DNA from: an uncultured archaeon
GTDB lineage: Archaea; Asgardarchaeota; Thorarchaeia; Thorarchaeales; Thorarchaeaceae
Assembly: GCA_964610875.1 (NCBI GenBank)
Contig: CAZSWP010000011.1
Coordinates: 1 to 29,543 of the forward strand
Reading direction: 5' to 3'
Length of the DNA stretch: 29,543 nt
Below, one piece after another: positions 17,767-28,673 of the stretch. Under the pieces are notes generated by a model. It was not told the DNA's origin and searched no databases. It saw only the letters and a program-made list of their open reading frames with translations. How positions within the stretch are numbered: the first letter of the stretch is position 1; the number at the start of each line of letters is the position of its first letter. Position numbers and translations under genes: made by a program.

Positions 17767-18510
17767 TTATATTCCAAGTATTGTTTTTGCATTTTCCAGA
17801 GTAATTGCCCGATTTTGTTCAACATTCACTCTTACCATATTGAGTGATGCCTGAAGATCCGAATATTCTGTATGATGTCCTGAACCTAATACTAGTCGTT
17901 GAGCTCCTACATCTTGAACCAGTGCATCTAGATAATGTCGCATTGGGGACTCAACCAGTCTAACAAGAGTGTGAGAGGTTTCAAACCATACATTATTTCT
18001 GTGTGCGAGAGTAATTGCTCTGGGGAAACTAAACAGTCCTCCCATATTTAGAATCACAAACTGTCCTTCTGGGTACATTGTTGAGAAGGTTTCTACTAGT
18101 CCTAGATTTTCTACACCTATCTCAGTGCTTCTAAAGTATACTGGTATATTCTCTTCCACTGCGCTTTGAACCAAGCCATGTGTTGCAGGGTCTAGATGAT
18201 GATAGAGTTGGTCATCCATTACTAATGCCTTAGCACCTCTCTCAATATATGACCTCAGTAGACTTCTTGATTCCCTTATAGGTCTGGGAATCAGAGTCAC
18301 AGCAAAAAATAATCTATCTGGATAAACTTCTGTTGCCTTGAGATAAATGTCATTTCCAGTAAAAGGATTGTATGGTGACAATACAGCTTTTTGGATTCCA
18401 TGGGTGTCCATCTGTTTTACTAATAGATCTACTTGAGCATCAACTTCCTTCATACCCACTTCATCAATTGCCATTCGATTGGATCCAAGTTGGGTGTTGA
18501 TGTCAATCAT
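17767..18510 (-). CDS. Amidohydrolase_2-like TIM-barrel protein with degenerate metal ligands
   Basis: MD.HGIQKAVL, YPDRL, NVWFETS, GAQRLVLGS and ENAK.ILG match the family. Confidence 0.75.
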   Translation of the reverse strand: MIDINTQLGSNRMAIDEVGMKEVDAQVDLLVKQMDTHGIQKAVLSPYNPFTGNDIYLKATEVYPDRLFFAVTLIPRPIRESRSLLRSYIERGAKALVMDDQLYHHLDPATHGLVQSAVEENIPVYFRSTEIGVENLGLVETFSTMYPEGQFVILNMGGLFSFPRAITLAHRNNVWFETSHTLVRLVESPMRHYLDALVQDVGAQRLVLGSGHHTEYSDLQASLNMVRVNVEQNRAITLENAKTILGI

Positions 18511-18622
18511 GATAAGTCACATGATTCTGTTGTAAGCGGTTGCTTTTGTTTGTTTTCAATGAACTCGATGTTCCATTACACTAGTGCTAAAAGCGAATAT
18601 CTCTATCATTTGCTGAATAATC

Positions 18623-19231
18623 TTGACTGATGACGAAAAGAAGAATCTTCGACTTGTATTGAAAGGATTTGCACATGAGCTCAACACTGATAGATTTATG
18701 TTGATGGAGTATCTTTCACCGGTAGTAGATGGATGTAGAGCTGCATTAAGTGTCAGTGTGGAGAAAGCAGTACAATTCCATTCAATATCAGATGTAGAAA
18801 TTGAAGAACTCATTGACGCCACTGAAATGTCTTTTATGAATCTCACAGTATGTTTTGAATCTGAGGACACGGAAGAAGTGATATCTCTTGTCTTCGAGGA
18901 TGGGGAAGCTTTCTCATATGAAGAATGCGTGGAACCAGATTTGAAGTTTATTGGCCCAGAAAGAATTCTTCTTGAAATTCTTGATTCTGACTCAAAAATC
19001 TCTGTAGTTGAAACTCTTGGAAAATCTATTCGTGTTGAAGGAATTGACCCCTCAATCATTATTGAAGGGTTGGGGCTTCTATGTTATCCTCCTCTTCTAA
19101 AAATGGCGAGATCTGGTGTGGACCCATCATCATTACTATCAGAGGATGCTGATGCAATCATTCTCGCAGCTGCATCTGAGCTAGTTACTGAGATTGTAAA
19201 AGCTTGGATTGATACATCGATGGAAGCCTAG
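18623..19231 (+). CDS. Hypothetical acidic protein, possible SCP2-like lipid-binding domain
   Basis: LVFEDGEA...EPDLKFIG..RILLEIL....GKSIRVEG resembles the SCP2 pattern. Confidence 0.55.
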   Translation: MTDDEKKNLRLVLKGFAHELNTDRFMLMEYLSPVVDGCRAALSVSVEKAVQFHSISDVEIEELIDATEMSFMNLTVCFESEDTEEVISLVFEDGEAFSYEECVEPDLKFIGPERILLEILDSDSKISVVETLGKSIRVEGIDPSIIIEGLGLLCYPPLLKMARSGVDPSSLLSEDADAIILAAASELVTEIVKAWIDTSMEA

Positions 19232-19243
19232 CTGCAATTTGCA

Positions 19244-20389
19244 TCAGAGTCCATGATACGGGAAGATGAGTTCTTTTACCCTTCGAATTGTTCTTTCCAA
19301 ATCTAGTTTTACTTCCTCTCTCGAAAAATACTGCTGAACAACTTGAGTTTTATCTCTCATACCTTCTGGATGAGAAGTATAACCTAACGCATCACATAGA
19401 AGTCTAAACTCGCCGGGTAATTCTTGAGGTACTTGTTTGTCAAGGATTATTGATAGAAATAGTGCCCATAAACGGGCAACATTAGGTGGATGGTATCCTC
19501 CACCTCCGACAGCAAGCCATCCAATCCTACAATAATCATCCACCAGATTCCTCATTTTTCTCAGTATCGTTTCATAACCATGTGTTGTAAATGCGAGATG
19601 CGCTAATGGGTCCATAAAATGACCATCGACACCAAGTTGTGAAACAAGTAGGTCTGGCTTATATGATTCAAATAAGGGTATCATTATCTCATTTAGAACC
19701 TCAATCATTTCTTCACTAGAAGCTCCTGGAATGACAGGAATGTTCACCGAATATCCAGTACCTTCTCCTGCACCTGTCTCATATACAAATCCAGTACCAG
19801 GAAAGAGTGTTTTTCCACTTTGGTGCAGGGATATGGTGAGAACATCCTTTGAACGATAAAATGCATTCTGTACACCATCGCCATGATGCGCGTCAATGTC
19901 AACATACATCACTCTGCATTTTCGTTTCTTTTGGAGATGCATAATAGAAATAACAACATCATTGAACACACAGAACCCTGATGCTTCTGTTCTCTGGGCA
20001 TGATGGAGACCTCCTGATATTACAAAGGCATGTGATGCTCCTTTTTCAATCTCCTTCATTGCATCAAGTGTTGCGCCCACATATCTACACGATGCTTCGT
20101 AAATCAGTGGAAAGACTGGATTGTCAGCAGTACCTAGACCATGTCGAACATCTAAACAGATCTCCTCACTGCATTTGATAACAGCATCAATGTATTCAGG
20201 AGTATGAAAGAGCTCCAAATCAGCACGCTTTGGAAGACCTGGTGTGATTTGATGCAGGTCATCTAACAATCCGAGAATCTTGGAGAGTTTGTAAGTCAGC
20301 TCCAGTCTGTCTGGTTTCAGAGGATGCTCTTTTTTGAATTCATACTGCAACAAAGCTTCTGAATAGGGGTAGACAAGTTTTCCTCTCAT
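19244..20389 (-). CDS. acuC: Zn-dependent deacetylase, HDAC class I/AcuC family
   Basis: HPLKPDR, GGLHHA, GFCVFND, DIDAHHGDG, GVDGHFMDPL, GGGGY. Confidence 0.92.
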   Translation of the reverse strand: MRGKLVYPYSEALLQYEFKKEHPLKPDRLELTYKLSKILGLLDDLHQITPGLPKRADLELFHTPEYIDAVIKCSEEICLDVRHGLGTADNPVFPLIYEASCRYVGATLDAMKEIEKGASHAFVISGGLHHAQRTEASGFCVFNDVVISIMHLQKKRKCRVMYVDIDAHHGDGVQNAFYRSKDVLTISLHQSGKTLFPGTGFVYETGAGEGTGYSVNIPVIPGASSEEMIEVLNEIMIPLFESYKPDLLVSQLGVDGHFMDPLAHLAFTTHGYETILRKMRNLVDDYCRIGWLAVGGGGYHPPNVARLWALFLSIILDKQVPQELPGEFRLLCDALGYTSHPEGMRDKTQVVQQYFSREEVKLDLERTIRRVKELIFPYHGL

Positions 20390-20498
20390 GTTCAGAGACT
20401 ACGATTCTACGGCTACCCTTATTTATTCTTGGAATGGTAAATCGGAGTTCTATGGAATCAAATCTGTTTGTTATGAAAACATCGCTAAGTAACCAGTG

Positions 20499-22061
20499 CT
20501 AATACCACTCGATTGTACCTGGGGGTTTTGATGTAAGATCATATACCACTCGATTGATACCTCTGACTTCGTTTGCAATACGAGATGCTACTCGCAATAG
20601 CACACTCCAAGGGGGTTTACAAACAGCTGCAGTCATTGCATCGCGGCTCTCTACTGCACGGATGACAACGGCTTGGTCGTAGGTTCTCTCATCCCCCATA
20701 ACTCCAACTGAACGTACAGGGAGAAGAACGCAGAAAGACTGCCAGATGTTTTCATATATTGGGTCTTTCTTCAATTCCTGTTGAAGAATTCTATCTGCAT
20801 GACGTAGTATTTCCAGTTGCTCTCGGTCTACGGGACCCCCTATCCTAATGGCAAGTGAAGGTCCTGGAAACGGTTGTCTAATAATCATGTGCGTTGGAAC
20901 ACCCAAGCTTCTTCCAACTTGTCGTACTTCATCTTTATAGAAATCTTTTAGTGGTTCAACTAGTTTCAGTTTCATCCAGTCAGGTAATCTAACATTATGA
21001 TGACTTTTAATTACTGCAGTATTCTTTCCTGTAGCAGCACTCTCAACCCTATCTGGGTAAATGGTCCCCTGTCCAAGATATTCAAATTCTCCATGTTGTT
21101 CTCGTAACTCAATTGCTTTTCTTTCAAATACACGAATAAATGTTTCCGCAATAATCTTCCTTTTTTCTTCGGGGTCATCGATGTTTTCTAGGTTAGTTAG
21201 AAATTCCTCTGAAGCATCAACAACGTAGAAGTTTTCGAAACCCATTTCTAAGAATGCCTGTTCTACTTCTTCTCTCTCTTCATATCTCAATAGTCCATTA
21301 TCAACAAATACACAGTGAAGTTTTTCCGATATAGCTTTTTGAATAAGATATGCAGCAACAGTGGAATCAACACCTCCACTTGTTCCCATCAAAACTCTGC
21401 CCTCTCCAACTTGCGATTTGATGGATACTATAATTTCATCAATCTCATCTTCAGGTGACCATTCTTCTTCATATTCACAGTATTCCCTGAGAAAACTCTC
21501 TAGTACAGATAGACCATTTGGTGTATGAGTCACCTCCGGGTGGAATTGAACTCCAAAAATTAGACCCTCTTTATCCGCGAATGCAGCGATATGGTCTTCA
21601 CCACTTAAAGCAAGAGCAATAAGCCTCTTTGGTATTTCTATAACTTCATCACTATGACTCATCCAGACTGACTGGCCATCTTCTAACCCTTTGAGTATCA
21701 TTCTATCTTCAGTCAGTGAAATATCAATTTGGCCATATTCAGGGTTTCCTGAGGCTTCAAGTTTTGCACCATAGGCAACTGCTAGAAGCTGGTGACCAAA
21801 ACAGATACCAAGAATGGGTATTTTCTTTTTATTAAGTGATTCCAAGTTTTTTTTGAAGGCACCATCGATATCTTTAGTGGTTACAGTACGAGGACCACCG
21901 GAGAGAATCACACCCCTTACTCCTTCTAATGTAGAATCCCCAAGAATTGTTTCCTGAGGGATTATTTTTGCATATACTCCCAGTTCTCGACATCTCCTGG
22001 CAATGAGATGTGTATATTGACCGCCATAGTCTATCACAAATGTCTTTTCGTGAGATGTCAC
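20499..22061 (-). CDS. guaA: GMP synthase, full-length (glutaminase plus ATPPase)
   Basis: DYGGQYTHLIARR, GICFGHQ, QFHPEV, SGGVDS, QGTIYPD, IKSHHN, KPPGTIEW. GTG start at 22061 after gagg. Confidence 0.95.
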   Translation of the reverse strand: MTSHEKTFVIDYGGQYTHLIARRCRELGVYAKIIPQETILGDSTLEGVRGVILSGGPRTVTTKDIDGAFKKNLESLNKKKIPILGICFGHQLLAVAYGAKLEASGNPEYGQIDISLTEDRMILKGLEDGQSVWMSHSDEVIEIPKRLIALALSGEDHIAAFADKEGLIFGVQFHPEVTHTPNGLSVLESFLREYCEYEEEWSPEDEIDEIIVSIKSQVGEGRVLMGTSGGVDSTVAAYLIQKAISEKLHCVFVDNGLLRYEEREEVEQAFLEMGFENFYVVDASEEFLTNLENIDDPEEKRKIIAETFIRVFERKAIELREQHGEFEYLGQGTIYPDRVESAATGKNTAVIKSHHNVRLPDWMKLKLVEPLKDFYKDEVRQVGRSLGVPTHMIIRQPFPGPSLAIRIGGPVDREQLEILRHADRILQQELKKDPIYENIWQSFCVLLPVRSVGVMGDERTYDQAVVIRAVESRDAMTAAVCKPPWSVLLRVASRIANEVRGINRVVYDLTSKPPGTIEWY

Positions 22062-22113
22062 TTTCCTACCTCGTGGGCGAGGCAACATCAATCGCTTAAA
22101 TGCGTAGCTCTTT

Positions 22114-23367
22114 CTACACATTCTTTGCAATATCTGATCTATATCTTACTTTGCCTAAAATCTTGGAGGCATCACTATATGCTATATCTCTTGCTTCCTG
22201 CAAAGTTGGTCCAATCCCTAATACTCCAATTGCCCTACTACCGGTTGTCTTTACTTGATTATCATCTTCATAAACAGAAGCATAGTATATTTCACTTGAT
22301 ACATCATCTGAGATTTTGATGGGTGAATCACGAATCACATCAGGTCCTGGGTATCCCTCTGGCACAATATACACACAAACGGTTGCTTCATTTCTGAACT
22401 TTGGTTTCACTAATTCACCATCAATCATTCCTCTGAATATCTCATCCAGAGGTGTTTCAAGAAGAGAAAGCACATTCATTGCTTCTGGGTCTCCGAAGCG
22501 TGCATTAAACTCTACTACCTTAATGCCTTGTTCTGTCTTCATGAATTGGCCGTATAGAATCCCCCGATACGTTCCATATGTGATCTTATCAACATCTTCT
22601 AGTGTTCTTCTTATTATGTTAAGAGCGGTATCTAGGTCCTTCAGTGTAACATAAGGAAGTCCATGGTCTTCTTGAGAATATGAGCCCATTGAACCTGTAT
22701 TTGGTCCCTCATCATTATCATAGGCTCTCTTATAATCTCTGACAAGAGGCATCATCTGAATAGTTGGCCCTAAGGCAAATACTTGAACCGTAAACTCTGT
22801 TCCAATCAGTCTTTCTTCAAGAATCACAATACCATGTTGGGTAAGCTGTTCTTTGACGTAATCTTCTGCTTCTTTATCAGTGTGAAGATGTTCGCCATAA
22901 ATGCGAACTCCTTTTCCTCCGGTGAGTCCATCGGGTTTGACTACCAAATTCTCCAGTCTTATTTTTTTGATAAAATCGCGATATTCTACCAGACTGCGTG
23001 CTATGACGAATCTTGGGTTGGCTTCTGGTGCTGCTCTTTCTAGAGTTCTTCTCGCAAATGATTTACTGGTTTCAATCTTTGCTGCATGCTGTTTTGGTCC
23101 TATACATGGAATCCCTGCTTTTTCTAAAGTATCTACAGTAGCTCTTGCGAGTGGTAATTCAGGACCTATTACAGCGTAGTCTATATCCTTTAGTGTTCTC
23201 ATATCCCATGCATTTGTCGTATCACCGATTATGATTTCTTCTGCTAATTTGGCGATGCCAGGATTTTTCCGGTCCATATATGCTAGTATCTGAACTCCTG
23301 ATTTTGAAAGCGCTTTAGCAATTGCGTGTTCTCTTGCTCCATTTCCAACTAGAAGAACCTTACTCAT
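22114..23367 (-). CDS. purD: Phosphoribosylamine-glycine ligase
   Basis: [40 protein letters not shown]. Confidence 0.96.
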   Translation of the reverse strand: MSKVLLVGNGAREHAIAKALSKSGVQILAYMDRKNPGIAKLAEEIIIGDTTNAWDMRTLKDIDYAVIGPELPLARATVDTLEKAGIPCIGPKQHAAKIETSKSFARRTLERAAPEANPRFVIARSLVEYRDFIKKIRLENLVVKPDGLTGGKGVRIYGEHLHTDKEAEDYVKEQLTQHGIVILEERLIGTEFTVQVFALGPTIQMMPLVRDYKRAYDNDEGPNTGSMGSYSQEDHGLPYVTLKDLDTALNIIRRTLEDVDKITYGTYRGILYGQFMKTEQGIKVVEFNARFGDPEAMNVLSLLETPLDEIFRGMIDGELVKPKFRNEATVCVYIVPEGYPGPDVIRDSPIKISDDVSSEIYYASVYEDDNQVKTTGSRAIGVLGIGPTLQEARDIAYSDASKILGKVRYRSDIAKNV

Positions 23368-24809
23368 TTGAACCCAACTCCATATTTTGGAATTGTAACG
23401 ACTCCTTTATTCTCACTTTTCACATTTCCTAATCTGTAAGTATTATCGAGCTTTGAAAGAACATAATGAGCATTTTCTGCATCATCATCCGAAACGACTA
23501 GTACCATTCCAATTCCCATATTGAATGTTCCAAACATTTCCGTCCAATCTATGGTACCCTCTTTCTGCAACCATGAGAATATGGGTTGTATCTCAGGAAA
23601 GTTCTCAAGCTCGTATTCGTGCATACCTAGACGGAGAACCTTTTTGAAACCTGTGCCTGTGATATGTGCGATCCCGTTCGGAACAATTTTTTCATCTCTG
23701 AGAGCTTGAAGATGTTTGACATAGATTTTTGTTGGACGAAGTAATTCATCTGCAACAGATGTTCCCCATGTGAATTTATCTCTGATAGACAATTTTGATA
23801 GGATAACCTTTCTGGCTAATGTGAATCCATTAGAATGAATGCCATTTGATTCAATGCCAAGAATCACATCACCCTCAGATATGACTGATTCATCAATGAG
23901 TTCACTTGGTTTTGCTATGCCCACAGCAGTACCTGCTAAATCAATTCCAATTCCTTTTGCACCTTTTATCATGTCAGGTAGTATTGCAGTTTCACCACCA
24001 AGAATAGGTATCCCGGATTGCTTACATCCTTCTAAGAGACCTTTTCCAATCTCCTCCATTATGTATGATGGAAGAGGACTCTCTGCTGCTAGATAATCTA
24101 CAAATCCAATAGGTCGTAGTCCTACGCAAATCAGATCATTCACATTCATTGCGACACAATCTATTCCAATTGTGTCGTACTTCTCAGCTAGTTCAGCAAT
24201 CAATATTTTACTGCCCACACCGTCTGTAGAGAGTCCAACACATAGATTATCAGAAACTCTAATTGTATTAGCATAATGACCATAATCTTGCATGACTTCT
24301 CCAAATTCAAATGAAGCCTTCACATACTTTCCAAGTGCTTTCAATCCTTTTGCAACATCAGTTTCATCCACTCCTGCGTCTGCATAGGACGATGGTACTA
24401 TTTCTTCTCTCTTCGATTGAACTCCAAGAATACGGGCCGCCAAATGAGCTGCATTTTGTCCATTATCGATACCCACAGTGGCGACTGGTACACCCTTAGG
24501 CATCTGGGCAATTGATAGAAGTGCGTCTAGGCCTCCTAGTGCGACTGACACAGGGACTCCTATGACTGGTTTTTCCGTCAAAGACGCAACATATCCAGGC
24601 AATGCTGCGGCTAGACCGGCAACCGCAATTATTACCTGTGCGTCACTCTGCTTTAGTAATACTTCAACTCTTTTTGGTTCTCGATGTGCTGAAGCAAATT
24701 CAACTTGATATTGGATTTTCAGATCATCAAGAGTTGTAGTCACTTTATCCACAATTTTTTGGTCACTTCTGCTTCCAGCAATAACTAGAATATCTCCCAC
24801 AAAAATCAC
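23364..24809 (-). CDS. purE-purM: PurE-PurM fusion (AIR carboxylase/mutase plus AIR synthetase)
   Basis: N-terminus: [31 protein letters not shown]-terminus: [33 protein letters not shown]. Start is 24809 or GTG 24800. Confidence 0.93.
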   Translation of the reverse strand: MIFVGDILVIAGSRSDQKIVDKVTTTLDDLKIQYQVEFASAHREPKRVEVLLKQSDAQVIIAVAGLAAALPGYVASLTEKPVIGVPVSVALGGLDALLSIAQMPKGVPVATVGIDNGQNAAHLAARILGVQSKREEIVPSSYADAGVDETDVAKGLKALGKYVKASFEFGEVMQDYGHYANTIRVSDNLCVGLSTDGVGSKILIAELAEKYDTIGIDCVAMNVNDLICVGLRPIGFVDYLAAESPLPSYIMEEIGKGLLEGCKQSGIPILGGETAILPDMIKGAKGIGIDLAGTAVGIAKPSELIDESVISEGDVILGIESNGIHSNGFTLARKVILSKLSIRDKFTWGTSVADELLRPTKIYVKHLQALRDEKIVPNGIAHITGTGFKKVLRLGMHEYELENFPEIQPIFSWLQKEGTIDWTEMFGTFNMGIGMVLVVSDDDAENAHYVLSKLDNTYRLGNVKSENKGVVTIPKYGVGFK

Positions 24810-26977
24810 TACTCCAAATATTTACTCAAGCTATTCCGATAGACTTCTTCTGCTTTTTCCATTGGGATTTTGAATTCACCAAAATCGATAATTCTCTCTT
24901 TTACAGTCAAACCCAATTCACAGGTTCGTATACCATGTGATTCCATTATACCTAGAAATTCAGTTTGATTGCTCTCTGTCACTTCAGCGAGATACCTGCC
25001 TGCACTCTCTGAGAAGAGTGTTTCCGCAGTACTTCTAATACTCCCTGGTGCTCCTGTCAGGTCCAATGTAAAGCCGTACTCACTATCAAGTGCCATCTTG
25101 AGAAGAGAAATTGCCAAACCTCCACGACCTACATTGTTACACGAGCGAATCAAACCTTTTGAGTGGGCTTCAAGAATTGCATGCATTGCTCTTTTTTCTT
25201 CCATTGGCATATATTTTGGCGGCATACCCTTTACTTGGCCTAAAGTGACACGTTGAAACTCTGATCCGTTCAATTCTTGATGTGTTTCACCAAGAATGAA
25301 TATGTTTGCCCAAGGTGTAATTAGATTTCTTCTAATTGGTATGAATCCATTTGGAAAAACTCCTGCAATCATAATCTGTGGGGTTGGATTTATTCTATAT
25401 GTCTTGCCATCGACCACTGACTCGTTATAGAGGGAAACATTTCCTCCCACAATCGGCACATTGAAATCATGCGAGAATTGTCCGAGTCCTTTCACTGACT
25501 CGACATATTGTGTATATGATTCAGGGTTTTCAGGATTTCCGAAGTTCAGGCAATCTGCAATAAGAACAGGTTTTGCTCCCATTGATACAAGATTTCTCAA
25601 TGATTCAGCAGCTGAATTTGCCGTACCATGAAATGGGTCCAAATAACACCAAAAAGAATTGCAATCACTGGTAAATGCAACATTTTTGCCATGAGGGAAC
25701 TCTAAGACACCTGCATTATTGCCAATACCTACTACTGTGTTTGACTGCACATGCTGGTCATATTGACTGTAAACCCAGGACCTATCACATATGTTTAGCG
25801 AACCAAGAACTTTTAGTACAGCTTCAGGTAGATCTTCTGGTTCTTCAAACCAACCCATCCCAGAACTTCTTGTTGGTAGAGCTACAACATTACGCTCAGG
25901 TTCAGGAAAGCCATCAACGAGCAGGGCTATAGGCAATCTCCCAACAACCTCGTCATAGTATTTGACAGTATAGTATTTGTCATCAGTAACCTCTCCAAAA
26001 ACTGCAAATGGTGTTTCATTCTGCTTAAGAATTTCAATGACTCTATCCAGCTTCTCTGGATCAACAATTGCAAGCATCCTTTCTTGTGACTCTGATATGA
26101 CAATTTCCCAGGGTTCCATTCCTTCTTCTCTTAAAGGGACCTTCTCCAAATTAACAAGAACACCTACTCCTCCTGCTGATGCCAGCTCTCCTGCAGCTGA
26201 TGTCATACCTCCTCCTCCAAAATCCTGTAGACCATCAATCAGCTTCTCTTGCACTAATTCCGCTAAAGTATCAATAACAATCTTCTTTGAGAGAGGATCT
26301 CCTATCTGGACTGCACCTCTATTTTCTTCTTCTTCATCACTGAAGGTTTCTGAGGCAAAACTTACTCCAGCAATACCATCTCTACCAGTAGTTGATCCAA
26401 ACATGACTAGCTTGTGACCTGGTGTTTTCGCACTACTTCGAATGACTTGCTCTGGTTTTACTGTCCCAATGCATACTACATTTACCAAACAGTTCTCATC
26501 ATAGGAGCTATCAAATTCAATTTCTCCCCCTACCATTGGAATCCCAACACTGTTTCCATAATCTGAAATCCCTTTAACCACATGTTCAAGGAGATATGCA
26601 TTCCTTGGTTTTTCTGGAGATCCAAATCTTAGACAGTTCATAAGCCCAACTGCTTTGCATCCCTGAGAGATGACATCACGAATGATACCGCCAACACCTG
26701 TTGCAGCTCCGTTGTAAGGGTCAATCTGACTTGGGTGATTATGAGATTCCATTGCAACTCCGAGAAGCACGTCATCCCCAAGGTCCACCAAACCTGCGCC
26801 TTCTCCAATACTCAGATATACATTTTCTCCCTCTGTTTTGAAAAGATGAAACCATCGTTTACTGCTTTTGTAACTGCAATGTTCTGACCAGAGGACATCT
26901 AACATCGCATATTCTACCTTGTTTGGTTCCTGTCCTAACACATCAGTCGCATGTGCCAGTTCTTCTTTTGTTAGCAT
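24809..26977 (-). CDS. purL: FGAM synthase subunit PurL (small type)
   Basis: [47 protein letters not shown] at 26977. Confidence 0.96.
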   Translation of the reverse strand: MLTKEELAHATDVLGQEPNKVEYAMLDVLWSEHCSYKSSKRWFHLFKTEGENVYLSIGEGAGLVDLGDDVLLGVAMESHNHPSQIDPYNGAATGVGGIIRDVISQGCKAVGLMNCLRFGSPEKPRNAYLLEHVVKGISDYGNSVGIPMVGGEIEFDSSYDENCLVNVVCIGTVKPEQVIRSSAKTPGHKLVMFGSTTGRDGIAGVSFASETFSDEEEENRGAVQIGDPLSKKIVIDTLAELVQEKLIDGLQDFGGGGMTSAAGELASAGGVGVLVNLEKVPLREEGMEPWEIVISESQERMLAIVDPEKLDRVIEILKQNETPFAVFGEVTDDKYYTVKYYDEVVGRLPIALLVDGFPEPERNVVALPTRSSGMGWFEEPEDLPEAVLKVLGSLNICDRSWVYSQYDQHVQSNTVVGIGNNAGVLEFPHGKNVAFTSDCNSFWCYLDPFHGTANSAAESLRNLVSMGAKPVLIADCLNFGNPENPESYTQYVESVKGLGQFSHDFNVPIVGGNVSLYNESVVDGKTYRINPTPQIMIAGVFPNGFIPIRRNLITPWANIFILGETHQELNGSEFQRVTLGQVKGMPPKYMPMEEKRAMHAILEAHSKGLIRSCNNVGRGGLAISLLKMALDSEYGFTLDLTGAPGSIRSTAETLFSESAGRYLAEVTESNQTEFLGIMESHGIRTCELGLTVKERIIDFGEFKIPMEKAEEVYRNSLSKYLE

Positions 26978-26987
26978 AATTTTCCCC

Positions 26988-27686
26988 TCATTTTGCAATT
27001 GAAGCTCGAACAAAATTGTTAAGAATAACCAATCCGTCAGATGAGCCAAGAACTGCTCTTGATGCACGTTCAGGATGAGGCATCATGCCAAGTACATTTC
27101 CTTTTTCATTGATGACTCCTGCAATATTTTGTAGAGAACCGTTTGGATTTGATTCCGGAGTAGTTTCACCATCGCGATTACAATATCTAAATGGAATTCT
27201 CTGACCTTGATTTAAGGAGTCCAAGTCATCTTTAGAACAATAATAGTTTCCTTCAGCATGTGCTATTGGGATTCTAATTACAGCATTTTCAAGTCCTGTT
27301 GTGAATATTGTTGGTTCATCTGAAACTCTAAGGTATATCCATTTACAAATGAATTTTGCAGAATCATTTGGCAACAAAGCGCCTGGAAGTAGACCTGTTT
27401 CTGCTAGAATTTGAAAACCATTACATATACCTAAGACTGGTTTTCCCGCTTCTGCAATCTCCCGAACACCATCTAGAATATCTCCAACCGATGCCACTGC
27501 TCCTGCTCTAAGATAGTCTCCATAAGAGAAACCTCCCGGAATCACAACACCATCTGCTTTCTTTAGATCATCAGGGCCAAATCTACTTGGTACAAGATAC
27601 GGGTCCGACTTTGGTATATACGATAGGGCTTGTAAGATATCATTCTCATTATTTGTGCCAGGAAATCTTAGGACTGCAATTGCCAA
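26988..27686 (-). CDS. purQ: FGAM synthase glutaminase subunit
   Basis: FPGTN, PGGFSYGDYLRAG, GICNGFQ, AHAEG, MMPHPER. Confidence 0.96.
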   Translation of the reverse strand: MAIAVLRFPGTNNENDILQALSYIPKSDPYLVPSRFGPDDLKKADGVVIPGGFSYGDYLRAGAVASVGDILDGVREIAEAGKPVLGICNGFQILAETGLLPGALLPNDSAKFICKWIYLRVSDEPTIFTTGLENAVIRIPIAHAEGNYYCSKDDLDSLNQGQRIPFRYCNRDGETTPESNPNGSLQNIAGVINEKGNVLGMMPHPERASRAVLGSSDGLVILNNFVRASIAK

Positions 27687-28658
27687 TTATTGTAACCCCA
27701 CCTTTCGCGTTTCTGCAATTGGGTTTGAAAGTAATTTCACGTTCATCAAATCGAGTTGCTTTAGCAATTTACTAGTGATAGGTCTATCAAGCTGTATCTC
27801 GTATATCTTACCAGCTCTAACTTCTTTTGCACTAACGAAGCCGAGTCTGAATAATGCTTTCTGAGCTACTTCACCCGGTGGGTTCTTTATACCCCTCTTT
27901 GGCATTATCTTTACATAAAGAGTTTCAATGCGCTTGCTGATATTATCTTGATCTGATTGTTGAATTCTTTCGAGTAAATCTTTGTATGCATCAAGGACAT
28001 TTCCCGAGTCATTTCGAAAGATGTCCTTATCTAATGATGTGCTTCTATTATCCCATACTCTGACAGTATCTCCGGAGATTTCATCAGCAAGTAGAATTTC
28101 GTTTTCATCTGTGATTCCGAATTCTAATTTGAAATCAATGAATCTCAATTGCACTTGGCTAAACAATTCCTTGAGATAAAAATTCACGGACAATGTAACA
28201 GCTTTCATGAATTCGAGTTGCATATGTGTGGCATGTCCAAGAAGCACCGCGGCATCTTCCACAATCAACGGGTCACCTAGCTCGTCTTTCTTTAGAAAGA
28301 ATTCGATGAGTGGAGTTTCCAGTTCTTTTCCTTTCTCAATTCCATATCTGCGACAGAAGGAACCAGCAGCAATATTTCTACAAACCACCTCAATAGGGAT
28401 GATTTTTACCTTGTGACAGGATATCTTAGGTCCTTCAAGCCTCCTAATGAAGTGAGTTGCTATTCCCATTTTATTTAGGTATGAGAAAAGGAATTGTGAT
28501 AGATCGCATGTTAGATTTCCTTTACTTTCAAGGGTTTCTTTCTTCTGTCCATCTCCTGCAGTTATATCGTCCGTGAATTCTATTATCACTTTTTTTTCTT
28601 CATCAGGGTCTTGATACACACGCTTTACTTTCCCTTTATGCAGTAATTCCACTATCAT
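27687..28658 (-). CDS. purC-purS: PurC-PurS fusion (SAICAR synthetase plus FGAM synthase PurS)
   Basis: GKVK, FTDDITA, IPIEVVCRN, DFKLEFG, LADEISGD and DKD..R, followed by PurS-like NPPGE..ALFRLGF..VRAGK...KLLSNPIAE. Confidence 0.92.
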   Translation of the reverse strand: MIVELLHKGKVKRVYQDPDEEKKVIIEFTDDITAGDGQKKETLESKGNLTCDLSQFLFSYLNKMGIATHFIRRLEGPKISCHKVKIIPIEVVCRNIAAGSFCRRYGIEKGKELETPLIEFFLKKDELGDPLIVEDAAVLLGHATHMQLEFMKAVTLSVNFYLKELFSQVQLRFIDFKLEFGITDENEILLADEISGDTVRVWDNRSTSLDKDIFRNDSGNVLDAYKDLLERIQQSDQDNISKRIETLYVKIMPKRGIKNPPGEVAQKALFRLGFVSAKEVRAGKIYEIQLDRPITSKLLKQLDLMNVKLLSNPIAETRKVGLQ

Positions 28659-28673
28659 CGTCCTCCTGTCGAA

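Noticed and set aside
18556-19059. 167-aa minus-strand ORF
   Set aside because: Ser/Ile-rich antisense shadow of 18623..19231.
20499-28658. Numerous short plus-strand ORFs, and long N-terminal extensions of guaA (22130) and purL (27067)
   Set aside because: They are antisense to, or overlap, well-supported pur genes; better starts with RBS exist at 22061 and 26977.
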